NCBI GenBank assembly: GCA_030446545.1
Contig: JAUJNB010000001.1
Location: 212,550 to 276,549 of the forward strand
Length of the DNA stretch: 64,000 nt
Source: Acidimicrobiales bacterium
GTDB taxonomy: Bacteria; Actinomycetota; Acidimicrobiia; Acidimicrobiales; CADCSY01
Direction of reading: 5' to 3'
The notes beneath the pieces were generated by a model, which saw only the letters and a program-made list of their open reading frames with translations, was not told the DNA's origin and searched no databases. Made by a program: the position numbers and the translations under genes. Below are positions 19,695-28,911 of the stretch, piece by piece (the stretch's first letter is position 1; each line of letters opens with the position of its first letter).

Positions 19695-21160
19695 GCCCGC
19701 CGGCGAGGGTCGCGGTGGTGCTGTTCACACGCGATCTGCGGGTCCACGACCACCCCGCCCTGGCCGCAGCCGCCGGGGAGGCCGAGTACGTCGTGCCCCT
19801 CTTCGTGTTCGACGACGCCATCCTCGGGAGCGACTTCGCCCGCCCCAACCGCCTGTCGTTCCTCCTGGACTCGCTGGTCGAGCTCGACTCGTCGCTGCGA
19901 CGGCTGGGGGCGGCGCTGGTCGTGCGCCGGGGCGACGTGGTCGACCAGGCGCTGGCCGTGGCCACCGAAGCGGGCGCCGGCGCCATCCACCTCAGCTCCG
20001 ACGTCAGCGCCTACGCCCGCCGGCGTGAAGCCCGCCTGGCCGGCGCCTGCTCCACGGCCCGGATCGAGCTGCGGTCCCATCCGGGCGTGACGGTGGTGGG
20101 AGCCGGCGAGGTCACCCCCGGCGACGGTGACCACTTCAAGGTCTTCACCCCGTACTATCGACGATGGCGGGAACACCCCCTTCGCCCGGTGGCCGACACA
20201 CCCGGCCGCCTGGCCCTGCCCGACGAGACGGCCACCGGCGCCCTGCCCGAGCGCCGGGCCCTGATCTGCGACCCCTGCTCGCCGGCGCTGGCCCCCGGTG
20301 GGGAGACCGAGGGGCGACGTCGGGCCGGGGCCTGGCTGGCTGGTGGTGGCGGTAGTGGCGTCGACCGCTATCACGACGCCAACGACGACCTCGCCGGCGA
20401 CGCCACCTCCCGGTTCAGCCCCTACCTCCACTTCGGTTGCCTCTCCCCGCGGGCCCTGGTGGGCGATGTGGGCACCGGTGCGGGAGCCGACGCCTTTGTG
20501 CGCCAGCTCTGCTGGCGAGACTTCCACCACCAGGTCCTGGCCGCCCGCCCGGGCCTTCCCCGCCAGGACTACCACACCCGCGACGATCGGTGGCGCCGGG
20601 ACGACGACGACCTGGCTGCCTGGAAAGCGGGCCGGACGGGCTATCCGCTGGTCGACGCGGGCATGCGTCAGCTCGCCGCCGAGGGGTGGATGCACAACCG
20701 GGCCCGCCTGGTGACCGCGTCGTTCCTCACCAAGGACCTGTACCTCGACTGGCGCCTGGGGGCGGCCCACTTCTGGGACCTCCTGGTCGACGGCGACCTG
20801 GCCAACAACGCCGGGAACTGGCAGTGGGTGGCCGGGACGGGCAACGACACCCGTCCCCACCGAGTGTTCAACCCGCTACGCCAGGCTGACCGCTTCGATC
20901 CCGAAGGAGCCTACGTCCGCCGCTACGTCCCGGAGCTGGCCGCCGTCGAGGCCCTCGGAGGCGGGGCGGTGCACCAGCCCTGGAAGCTCCCGGCCGAGGT
21001 GCGCTCGACCCTCGACTACCCCGAGCCCATGGTCGGCCACGACGAAGCCGCGGCCGCCTTCCGAGCAGCGAGAGACCTCGGGTCGTCGAAGTCGAGGACG
21101 GGGTCCTCGCCGAAGAGGCGCAAACAGGCAGCCGGAGAGGGGCAACAACGCCTGGTCTGA
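19691..21160 (+). CDS. phr: deoxyribodipyrimidine photolyase / cryptochrome family protein
   Basis: The GTG start overlaps the upstream stop as GTGA. Motifs are SRFSPYLHFG, WRDFHHQV, TGYPLVDAGMRQL..GWMHNRARLVTASFL and NNAGNWQWVAGTG. Confidence 0.9.
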   Translation: MSPPARVAVVLFTRDLRVHDHPALAAAAGEAEYVVPLFVFDDAILGSDFARPNRLSFLLDSLVELDSSLRRLGAALVVRRGDVVDQALAVATEAGAGAIHLSSDVSAYARRREARLAGACSTARIELRSHPGVTVVGAGEVTPGDGDHFKVFTPYYRRWREHPLRPVADTPGRLALPDETATGALPERRALICDPCSPALAPGGETEGRRRAGAWLAGGGGSGVDRYHDANDDLAGDATSRFSPYLHFGCLSPRALVGDVGTGAGADAFVRQLCWRDFHHQVLAARPGLPRQDYHTRDDRWRRDDDDLAAWKAGRTGYPLVDAGMRQLAAEGWMHNRARLVTASFLTKDLYLDWRLGAAHFWDLLVDGDLANNAGNWQWVAGTGNDTRPHRVFNPLRQADRFDPEGAYVRRYVPELAAVEALGGGAVHQPWKLPAEVRSTLDYPEPMVGHDEAAAAFRAARDLGSSKSRTGSSPKRRKQAAGEGQQRLV

Positions 21161-21186
21161 CTGCGCCCCGCCCGGACCACGGGATC

Positions 21187-21612
21187 TCAGGCGAGGCGGG
21201 CCTCGAGGGTCATCTCCACGGCGGCCAGGGACTTGGACACCGGGCAGCCGAGCTTGGCCGCCTCGGCGTGCTCGACGAAGGCGGCGTCGTCGATCCCGGG
21301 GACGGTGCCCTCCGTGCGCAGGTCGATGCGGGTGATGGCGGGACTCCCGTCGACCGTGCCCAGGTGGACCTCGGCGGTGGTGTGGACGCGGGTGGCCTCG
21401 TGGCCGGCCTCGGCCAACAGGTCCGACAGGAACATGGAGAAGCAGCCGGCATGGGCGGCGGCGATGAGCTCCTCCGGGTTGGTGCCCGTGCCCTCCTCGA
21501 AGCGGGACCGGAAGGAGTAGGCGCCCTCGTAGGCACCCCCACCCAGGCGCATCGTGCCTGTGCCGTCCTTCAACGATCCGTGCCACTCGGCGTCGGCCTG
21601 GCGTGCGGGCAT
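21187..21612 (-). CDS. osmC: OsmC family peroxiredoxin
   Basis: A GGAGGA RBS precedes ATG 21612. Motifs are WHGSLKDGTG, NPEELIAAAHAGCF and KLGCPVS. Confidence 0.85.
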   Translation of the reverse strand: MPARQADAEWHGSLKDGTGTMRLGGGAYEGAYSFRSRFEEGTGTNPEELIAAAHAGCFSMFLSDLLAEAGHEATRVHTTAEVHLGTVDGSPAITRIDLRTEGTVPGIDDAAFVEHAEAAKLGCPVSKSLAAVEMTLEARLA

Positions 21613-21674
21613 GGGTCCTCCTGCGGTGGTGGAAACGGAACGGGACGAAGTCGGGCGGGCGAGCACCTCGCCGC

Positions 21675-22508
21675 TCACGGCGTCGGCGATGCCTCCCGGG
21701 CCTGTCGAACCATAGCGACCAGTGCGGCCCGAACCTCCTCGGGCGTGACCACCGGCTCGGGAAACCCGATGCGGATGCCGGCCCGCCCCGAGGGGCTGGT
21801 GGCCACCACCTCGAAGCCGTAGCGATCCACGGCCGACATGGTGGCTTCGGTGGTTTCGGGTCGCTCCGCCTGATGCCGGCACACGAGCACCAGGGCCTCG
21901 GCGTGGTCGTCGTTCATGTGGGCGACGATCCCCGAGGCCGAGGCGACCAACGGGTCGGCCTCGGCGGCGGCGAAGGCCTGGGCGTCGACCCAGCTCATGC
22001 GCCCGTACCCCCCGACGTAGCGCAGGGCCTTGACACCCAGGCGGTAGAAGGCGAAGTCGCCGAAGTCGATGTAGTAGGCGGCGGTGGGGTTGGCCGCGAG
22101 GTAGCGGTCCCGCACCGCATCCCGCTCCTCGCCGGCGACTTGCGCCAGGTCACCCAAGAGAGTGACCCGACCGGCGGCGAGAGGGTCGGACCCTTCGGCC
22201 ACCGGCTCGGCCACGAGCAGGCTGGCCCTCGGGTCGCGCTCGGCGTTCTGGGTGTGCTCGGCCATCAGGCTCACGAAGAACAAGGGGTCGCCGACGTCGC
22301 TCAGGGCGAAGGTGGCCACCGAGCCGAAGGGATACCCGGGCGGGTCGGCGGCCAGGGTGCACAGCGTCCCACGGTTGGCGCCGGCCACCAACGTGCGGCA
22401 CCGTTCGGCGTGGCTGGGCTCAGGGGCGGGCGGTCCCGCCGGTCCGTCGTCGCTGTCCCCGCCGGCGAGCGCTTCGGGGACCTGGTGGGTACTGGGCCGC
22501 GTGGTCAT
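21675..22508 (-). CDS. pyridoxamine-5'-phosphate-oxidase-fold / DUF2470 protein (HugZ-like haem-utilisation family)
   Basis: GTLCTLAADPPGYPFGSVATFALSD...LLVAEP, plus a C-terminal MNDDHAEAL motif. ATG 22508 is chosen as the start. Confidence 0.6.
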   Translation of the reverse strand: MTTRPSTHQVPEALAGGDSDDGPAGPPAPEPSHAERCRTLVAGANRGTLCTLAADPPGYPFGSVATFALSDVGDPLFFVSLMAEHTQNAERDPRASLLVAEPVAEGSDPLAAGRVTLLGDLAQVAGEERDAVRDRYLAANPTAAYYIDFGDFAFYRLGVKALRYVGGYGRMSWVDAQAFAAAEADPLVASASGIVAHMNDDHAEALVLVCRHQAERPETTEATMSAVDRYGFEVVATSPSGRAGIRIGFPEPVVTPEEVRAALVAMVRQAREASPTP

Positions 22509-22641
22509 GGCCGCCACCGTAGGCGGGCGGTCACTGCGGAGTCGTGGTCCCGCTCCCGTTCCCCTATCGTCCGGCCTCCGCCCGGGACCCTCGTGGACCA
22601 CACCCGCCACCGGGCCCATCGGGCCTGACGCAGCCAACGTC

Positions 22642-24168
22642 TCAACCGCCGGGAGCGGCCGGCGACGGCTCGGCCCGGCAAGGATCGTGGCAGGGATGCG
22701 AGACGTCGGCCAGCACCGTGTCGGGGACCGGCGTGGCCGTGCGGATGGTGGCCAGGGCCACACCGCCACCGGTCACGCAGATACCGGCGGCGATGTGGAG
22801 GGCGTCCACGAAGCCGGCGCTGAAGGCCGCGGGCGAACCGGTGTCGAGGCCGACCAGGGCCGGCAGCAACGCCACCGCCAGGAGGCCCGCCACCCGGGCG
22901 GCGGCGTTGTTGACGCCCGAGCCGACCCCGAGGTGGCGCTCGTCGAGGGAGGCCAGGACCGTGGCCGTGAGCGGGGCCACGGTCAAGGCCAACCCCAGGC
23001 CGAACACCACCGCGCTGGGCAGCACCGAGGTGGCGTAGGCGCTGCCGGCTTCGACCCGGGCGAACAGGACCAGGCCGAGGGCCACGACCAGCGGGCCGAG
23101 CGTCATGGGCAGGCGGGGGCCGACGCGCTGGGCCAGGTTCCCGGCCCGGGACGACAGCGCCAGCATCAACACGGTGACCGGGAGCAGGGACGCCCCTGCC
23201 TCCAGCGCCGAGTAACCGAGTACCAGCTGTAGCTGCAGCACCAGCAGGAACGTGGCCCCGCCCAGGCCGGTGTAGACGGCCAAGGTGGTGAGGTTGGCCC
23301 CGGTGAACTGACGCGACCGGAAGATCTCGAGGGGCAGCATCGGGTCCGGGCGGCGGGCCTCGATCAGGACGAAGGCGGCCAGGAAGGCCAGGCCGGCCCC
23401 GGCCGCGGCCCACGTCGTCGGCGTCATCACCGGAGCTCCTTCGATGAGGGCGTAGGCCAGTCCGGCCAGACCGAGCGACACCGTCGCCGCGCCAGGGAGG
23501 TCGGGACGTGGCTTCGAGGTGAGGTCCCTCGTCTCGGGCACGTGGCGGGTGGCCACCACCACGGCCACGGCCGCCAGGGGAACGTTGATGAGGAAGATAA
23601 GACGCCAGGACACCGTGTCGATCAGCCACCCACCGAGGAAGGGACCGATGGCGGTGGACACCCCGGCCAGGCCCGACCACGCCCCCACCGCCCGGCCCCG
23701 GTCCTCGGCATGGAAGCTGGCCGAGATGATGGCCAGGCTGCCGGGCACCAGGAGGGCGGCGCCGGCGCCCTGCAGGGCCCGGGCCCCGATGAGCAACTCG
23801 ATGCTCGGCGCCGCCCCGCACAGGGCCGAGGCCACGGTGAAGCCGATCAAGCCGAGCACGAACATCCGCCGCCGGCCGTAGAGGTCGCCCAGGGAACCAC
23901 CCAGCAACAGCAGGGCGCTGAGCGTGACGAGGTAGGCGTCGAGCGTCCACTGCAGGCCTGACAGCCCGGCGTCGAGATCCTCGCCGATGGCCGGAAGGGC
24001 CACGTTGACCACCGTCCCGTCGAGGAAGGCGATGCCACTGCCGAGCACGGTGGCGGCCAGGATCCAACGCCCGGCAGCCGACCCGTAGCGCACGCCCACG
24101 GCCTCACCCGTCACGCCTCTCCCGTCACGCACTAGCCCGTCCCGGCTGCCATCACGGCCCCCCATCAT
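22642..24168 (-). CDS. MFS transporter, DHA2 (14-TMS drug:H+ antiporter) type
   Basis: LDGTVVNVALPAI, LGDLYGRRRMF and LQGAGAALLVPGSLAII motifs. The exact start is uncertain. Confidence 0.85.
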   Translation of the reverse strand: MMGGRDGSRDGLVRDGRGVTGEAVGVRYGSAAGRWILAATVLGSGIAFLDGTVVNVALPAIGEDLDAGLSGLQWTLDAYLVTLSALLLLGGSLGDLYGRRRMFVLGLIGFTVASALCGAAPSIELLIGARALQGAGAALLVPGSLAIISASFHAEDRGRAVGAWSGLAGVSTAIGPFLGGWLIDTVSWRLIFLINVPLAAVAVVVATRHVPETRDLTSKPRPDLPGAATVSLGLAGLAYALIEGAPVMTPTTWAAAGAGLAFLAAFVLIEARRPDPMLPLEIFRSRQFTGANLTTLAVYTGLGGATFLLVLQLQLVLGYSALEAGASLLPVTVLMLALSSRAGNLAQRVGPRLPMTLGPLVVALGLVLFARVEAGSAYATSVLPSAVVFGLGLALTVAPLTATVLASLDERHLGVGSGVNNAAARVAGLLAVALLPALVGLDTGSPAAFSAGFVDALHIAAGICVTGGGVALATIRTATPVPDTVLADVSHPCHDPCRAEPSPAAPGG

Positions 24169-24198
24169 GGGTCGCCCACGGCACTGTTACGCGACGCA

Positions 24199-24220
24199 CC
24201 TACGCTGGCTCCTACGCTGG
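24199..24220. promoter_or_regulatory. tandem direct repeat CCTACGCTGG x2 (12-bp period) in the divergent MFS/MFS promoter gap
   Basis: Copies lie at 24199-24208 and 24211-24220 within the 56-bp intergenic region. A function is only inferred. Confidence 0.3.
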
Positions 24221-24224
24221 AACC

Positions 24225-25937
24225 GTGACCGCCGACCTCGGATCGTCAGCGCGGCCCGGCGCTCCCAGCGGAGCTCCCGGGGCCATCAGGTTCGATCGTC
24301 CCTTCGCCTTCTGGACGGGGTCGGTTGCCATCACGCTCGGTGTCGTCCTGCACCTGCCCATGTACCTGAGCGCGGCCGACCATGGCTACGTGCTCGCCGG
24401 GATGGCCCTCGACGGCCCCATGAGAGCCGGCATGGCCCTCATCGTGGTGGGGCTGGGCGCCACCTTCTTCGGGCTGGTCCCTCCCCGCTCCCGGCGACCG
24501 TCGGCGGCCGCCCCCGTTCGAGTCAGCGCGCTCGACGACGCCCCCATCTCTTCGGCCCACGTCGCCCTGTTGCTCGTCATCGCCGCGGCCGTGACCATCG
24601 ACGTGATGAAGCCGGTGACGCTCAGTTTCGTGGTCCCCGGCATGACCGGGGAGTACGGCCTGCGTTCTCCGCTCAACCCCGGAGGCGGGATGCCCGTGGC
24701 CTGGCTCCCCCTCGCCGGGATCACCGGCACCGTGCTCGGCTCCTTCCTGTGGGGAAGCCTGGCCGACGCTATCGGGCGGCGGGCGTCGATCCTGTTCGCC
24801 GCCGTGGTGTTCGTGGCCACGTCGATCTGCGGCTCCATGCCCTCCTACGAATGGAACCTCTTCATGTGCTTCGTGATGGGCCTGGGCGTGGGCGGCATGC
24901 TCCCCATCACCTTCGCCCTCATGGCCGAGGTCATCCCCGCCCGACACCGGGGCTGGCTCATGGTCCTCGTCGGCGGGGACGTGGCCGGGGCCTACATCAT
25001 CACCAGCTGGTTGGCGGCCGAGCTGACCCCGACCTACGGCTGGCGGATCCTCTGGCTCATCGGCCTGCCCACCGGGCTGGTGCTCCTCGTGCTCAACCGC
25101 TGGATCCCCGAATCCCCCCGGTTCCTCCTCCAGCGGGGCCGCCACGAGGAGGCGGCGGTGGTCATGGCCCGCTACCGCGCCACCGTGTCGACCGATGCCG
25201 ACCGGCGGGAGGATCCGGTTCGGGCCAGAACGGCCGACGACCAGGTGGGCGGAGGCTGGCGCCAACTCCTGCAGGGACCGTTCTCGGGGATCACCCTGGT
25301 GGTCAGCCTCTTCGGGCTCGGCGTGGGGCTGGTCACCTTCGGCTTCCAGTTGTGGATCCCCTCCAACCTCCAGGAACTGGGCTTCGACCAGGTCACCTCG
25401 GCCACCATCCTGCGGGACTCGGCTCTGCTCGGGTTCCCCCTGACCTTCCTCATCGCCTGGCTCTACGGCTTCTGGAGCGCCAAGAAGACGATGATCCTCC
25501 TCGGCCTGGTCACCGCCGCCTCGCTGGCCGGTTTCGTGGTGCTGGGTGACGCCGTGGTCGACGATCGGGCCCGCCTCTACGCGCTGCTGGTGGTGCCCAT
25601 CACCGGCATCAGCACCATCCTGGCCGTCCTCATCGCCTACGCCTCGGAGACCTACCCCACCCGGATCCGCTCCCGCGGGACCGGCCTGGCCGCCGGAGCC
25701 AGCAAGGTCGGGGGTGTCGCGGTCATCGCCGCGGTGGTGGCCGGGCTGGCACCGCCGTCGATCTCGGGCACGGCGCTCATCGGCGCCGTCCCCATCGCCG
25801 GCGGTGCGCTGGCCATGACGGTCTTCGGCATCGAGACCCGCCGCCGCCCTCTGGAGGACATCACCGTCGAGACCGTGGAGCGGGGCCGCCGCCCCCGGAG
25901 GAAGCCCCCTACAAGACCGCCCGAGCGACCGGAGTGA
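24225..25937 (+). CDS. MFS transporter with ~100-aa N-terminal extension
   Basis: GSLADAIGRRASILFA, ESPRFL and YPTRIRSRGTG motifs typical of sugar/aromatic-acid-type MFS transporters. The start is GTG. Confidence 0.85.
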   Translation: MTADLGSSARPGAPSGAPGAIRFDRPFAFWTGSVAITLGVVLHLPMYLSAADHGYVLAGMALDGPMRAGMALIVVGLGATFFGLVPPRSRRPSAAAPVRVSALDDAPISSAHVALLLVIAAAVTIDVMKPVTLSFVVPGMTGEYGLRSPLNPGGGMPVAWLPLAGITGTVLGSFLWGSLADAIGRRASILFAAVVFVATSICGSMPSYEWNLFMCFVMGLGVGGMLPITFALMAEVIPARHRGWLMVLVGGDVAGAYIITSWLAAELTPTYGWRILWLIGLPTGLVLLVLNRWIPESPRFLLQRGRHEEAAVVMARYRATVSTDADRREDPVRARTADDQVGGGWRQLLQGPFSGITLVVSLFGLGVGLVTFGFQLWIPSNLQELGFDQVTSATILRDSALLGFPLTFLIAWLYGFWSAKKTMILLGLVTAASLAGFVVLGDAVVDDRARLYALLVVPITGISTILAVLIAYASETYPTRIRSRGTGLAAGASKVGGVAVIAAVVAGLAPPSISGTALIGAVPIAGGALAMTVFGIETRRRPLEDITVETVERGRRPRRKPPTRPPERPE

Positions 25938-25989
25938 GCCCCAAGGTCGACACCCCGTCGCTAGAGTCGACCACTTGGGATCCGCGCCT

Positions 25990-26889
25990 ATGGACACGTT
26001 CGCCCTACCGTCGGCCAAGCCGACACCGGGCCGGCACTTCCTCTCCGGCCTGGGCCTGGTGGCCCTGGCCGCCTCGGCCCTCGTCGGTGGCAACGCCTTT
26101 GCTTGGCGCGACCAGCTCATGGGCTCGGTAACGCCTGCCGCGCGTCCCGCCGCCGTCAGCCGGGGGGCCGAAGGCCCGGCGGCGGTGCCGGCCCCGACCG
26201 AACCGGCGGAGACGGTGTTGAGCTCCCAGCCCTGGTGGCAGGGTGTGGCCGTGCTGGAGGGTGTGGGGCCGGCGTCCAGCGAACCCTTCACCGTCGCCGA
26301 CGGCGCCATCCAGTGGCGGGTCAGCGCCACCTGTGAGGGCGGTTCCGTGACCGTGCGCAGCCCGTCCGGAGACGAGCCGCTGATCCAGGGGACCTGCGGG
26401 GCGACCGACGTCGGCTACGGGACCGATCCGGGTCCCATGGCCCTCCAGGTCGAGGCCGATGGGGCGTGGCAGGTCCGGGTGGAGCAGCAGGTCGACGTCC
26501 CCCTGGTCGAGGCCCCGACGCCGGCCATGACCGCGCCCGACACCGTGGTGGCGGCCACCGGCGACTTCTACCGCATCGACCAGGCCGAGACCGGCTCGGT
26601 GACCGTCTACCGCTTGGCCGACGGTTCCCACGCGCTGCGCCTCGACGACTTCTACGTGACGCCCAACATCGACCTGGAGATCCGTCTGAGCCCGCTGGAG
26701 GCGCCCGGCACGACCGAGGCCTTTCTGGCCGACCCCTCCGTGGAGGTGGCGCCACTGGACGTGACCGCCGGCTCGATGAACTTCGCCGTGCCCCCCGAGG
26801 TCGACCCGTCGGAGTACCGCTCGGTGGTCATCTGGTGCCCGTTGATCGACAGCGCCTACGCAGCCGCGTCGCTGGTGGCCGCCGCCTGA
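25990..26889 (+). CDS. membrane-anchored/secreted DM13 domain protein
   Basis: An N-terminal TM/signal segment is present. The C-terminal part reads GDFYRIDQAETGSVTVYRLADGSHALRLDDFYVTPNIDLEIRLS, the DM13 pattern. Confidence 0.7.
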   Translation: MDTFALPSAKPTPGRHFLSGLGLVALAASALVGGNAFAWRDQLMGSVTPAARPAAVSRGAEGPAAVPAPTEPAETVLSSQPWWQGVAVLEGVGPASSEPFTVADGAIQWRVSATCEGGSVTVRSPSGDEPLIQGTCGATDVGYGTDPGPMALQVEADGAWQVRVEQQVDVPLVEAPTPAMTAPDTVVAATGDFYRIDQAETGSVTVYRLADGSHALRLDDFYVTPNIDLEIRLSPLEAPGTTEAFLADPSVEVAPLDVTAGSMNFAVPPEVDPSEYRSVVIWCPLIDSAYAAASLVAAA

Positions 26890-28058
26890 TGGCCGCCCCG
26901 GCCGTACTGGCCCCGTCGCCCCGTGGCCAGACCGAAATCGTGCTCCGAGGCCAACGGATCCCGGTGGTTTTGCCCAGCCGCAGCGACCCCCGGCTCCGCT
27001 TGTCGGCCGTCATCCTGACGCTGCACCTGCTGGGCCAGACCGTGCTCGGCTTCAAGGTCTCCATCGCCCAGATCCTGGTGTCCATCGGGGTGGGCGCGCT
27101 GCTGGAGCTGGCCGTGACCTACCGGCGCCAGCACCAGCTGGTCTGGCCGGCCAGTGGCATCCTGACCGGCAGTGGGGTGGCCTTCATCCTCCGGGCGTCG
27201 GGAACCGACAACGGCGATTGGTGGAGCCTCAACGGGATCGGCTTCTTCGTGGTGGCGGTGGTGCTCTCGCTGCTCTCCAAGTACCTGATCAGGCCGGGTG
27301 GTCGACACCTGTTCAACCCGTCCAACGCCGGGTTGGTGTGGGCCCTGCTGGTGATCGGCCCCAGCCAGGTCTTCCCCCAGTACCTCTGGTGGGGCCCCAA
27401 CGACCTGGGGGTGGCCGCCGCCTACGCCGTCATCCTCCTCGGAGGCATCTGGATCCTGCCCAAGGTACGCATGGCGCCCATGGCCCTGTCGTTCCTCGCC
27501 ACCTTCGGCCTGCTCATCGGCATCCTGGCCGCCAGCGGGCAGGAGTTCGTCGCCATCTGGCACGACGGACCGGTCGCGGGGCTGTCGTACTGGACGACCA
27601 TCGCCGCCTCGCCGGAAGTGCTGGTCTTCGTGTTCTTCATGATCTCCGACCCCCAGACCGCGCCCCGCCATCCCCTCGGTCGGGTGATCTACGGGGCCAC
27701 CACGGCCGCAGTGGCCGCCGCCCTCATCTCCTTCCAACCCACCGAGTTCGGGATCAAGCTGGCCATCCTGTCGAGCCTCATCGTGGTCTGCGCGCTGGTG
27801 CCGGTCATCGAGCACGTCAGCCGTGGCCTGGCCCGACGAGGGCCCGAGCCCGGTGACGGCGAACCGGGCGTGGTTGCTGCCGCGCCGTTGGTCCCCCCGG
27901 GCCTGGCCAGGCGGGTCACCACCGCCCTGGGCCGACCGGCCGTGGCGGCCGCTGTCATCGTCGCCGTGGCCGCCCCGGTGAACACCGCCGTGCTGGCCGG
28001 CAACGACCAGGTGATGCTGATCGAACGGGGCCTCACTGGGGAAGCCAACGCCCAGTAG
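26889..28058 (+). CDS. polytopic membrane protein, RnfD/NqrB-like family
   Basis: The ATG overlaps the upstream TGA (TGATG). There are about 9 TM helices, and the motifs FNPSNAGLV and FFMISDPQTAP are present. Confidence 0.65.
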   Translation: MAAPAVLAPSPRGQTEIVLRGQRIPVVLPSRSDPRLRLSAVILTLHLLGQTVLGFKVSIAQILVSIGVGALLELAVTYRRQHQLVWPASGILTGSGVAFILRASGTDNGDWWSLNGIGFFVVAVVLSLLSKYLIRPGGRHLFNPSNAGLVWALLVIGPSQVFPQYLWWGPNDLGVAAAYAVILLGGIWILPKVRMAPMALSFLATFGLLIGILAASGQEFVAIWHDGPVAGLSYWTTIAASPEVLVFVFFMISDPQTAPRHPLGRVIYGATTAAVAAALISFQPTEFGIKLAILSSLIVVCALVPVIEHVSRGLARRGPEPGDGEPGVVAAAPLVPPGLARRVTTALGRPAVAAAVIVAVAAPVNTAVLAGNDQVMLIERGLTGEANAQ

Positions 28059-28184
28059 CCCGGCAGTCGCCCCGGTCCCCGGCGCACCAAGGGCGCGGCA
28101 CGGTCGGCGCTGAGCGGACCTCATCCACGCGGCGAGCTTCTCAGTCTCGACATCGCAGCCGTTTGTTGTCCACCCCGGCATCGG

Positions 28185-28877
28185 TCACGGCGACCCGGCC
28201 GGGGTTCCCGGCGGAGAACCGGACATCTCGGTGGCCGCCTCCACCGCCCGGGCCGCGTCCAGGACCGCCTCGCCGTAGCGCCGGCCCGGGGTCAGGGTGG
28301 TGCGCTCGATGGGTCCCGACACCCCGATCGCCGCCAGCACGACGCCGCCGGGGCCGAGCACCGGGGCGCTGACCGACGCCACTCCCTGCTCGCGCTCCCC
28401 CACGCTCTCGGCCCATCCTCGGGCCAGGGCGCCCGCCTCCCCCCGCAGGACCTTGCCGGCGGAGCCCCGGTCGAGGGGGAGCGACGCCCCCACCCGCACG
28501 ATGGTGCGCAACCCGTGGAGGGATTCCAGCGACGCCACGCACACCCGGGTGTCCCCCTCGCGCACGTAGAGCTGGGCGCTCTCACCCGTGTGGTCCCGGA
28601 GGGCCTCCAGGGCGGGCCGGGCCATGTCGACCAGGGGGAGGGCGTCGCTGGCCGCCCGGCCCAGGGCGACCAGCCGCAGGCCCAGGGCGAAGCGCCCGTC
28701 GTGGTGGCGCCGGACCAGCCCGTGGCGCTCGAGGGCCACGGCCAGGCGGTGGGCGGTGGGTCGGGCCAACCCGGTGGCGGCCACCAACTCGCTCAACGAC
28801 AACGGGCCGGCCTCGAGCGCGGCCAGCACGCGGGCGCTCTTGTCGAGCACGCCTACACCGCTTACACTCACGTCCAC
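28185..28877 (-). CDS. ltbR: IclR family transcriptional regulator divergent from leuCD (LtbR-like)
   Basis: The HTH reads LSLSELVAATGLARPTAHRLAVAL, followed by an IclR effector domain. The position divergent from leuC is conserved. Confidence 0.8.
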   Translation of the reverse strand: MDVSVSGVGVLDKSARVLAALEAGPLSLSELVAATGLARPTAHRLAVALERHGLVRRHHDGRFALGLRLVALGRAASDALPLVDMARPALEALRDHTGESAQLYVREGDTRVCVASLESLHGLRTIVRVGASLPLDRGSAGKVLRGEAGALARGWAESVGEREQGVASVSAPVLGPGGVVLAAIGVSGPIERTTLTPGRRYGEAVLDAARAVEAATEMSGSPPGTPAGSP

Positions 28878-28882
28878 TACCA

Positions 28883-28896
28883 GAGACTAGCGTCTC
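28883..28896. promoter_or_regulatory. palindrome GAGAC-TAGC-GTCTC in the 34-bp ltbR/leuC gap (candidate operator)
   Basis: A perfect 5+5 inverted repeat seen directly in the sequence. Binding is inferred only. Confidence 0.35.
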
Positions 28897-28911
28897 AGAG
28901 AGTGAGATCCC

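Noticed and set aside
24246-26330. 694-aa minus-strand ORF
   Set aside because: It is a shadow ORF antisense to the plus-strand MFS transporter and the DM13 gene. Its composition is dominated by G, R, P, H, D and E, and it has no motifs.
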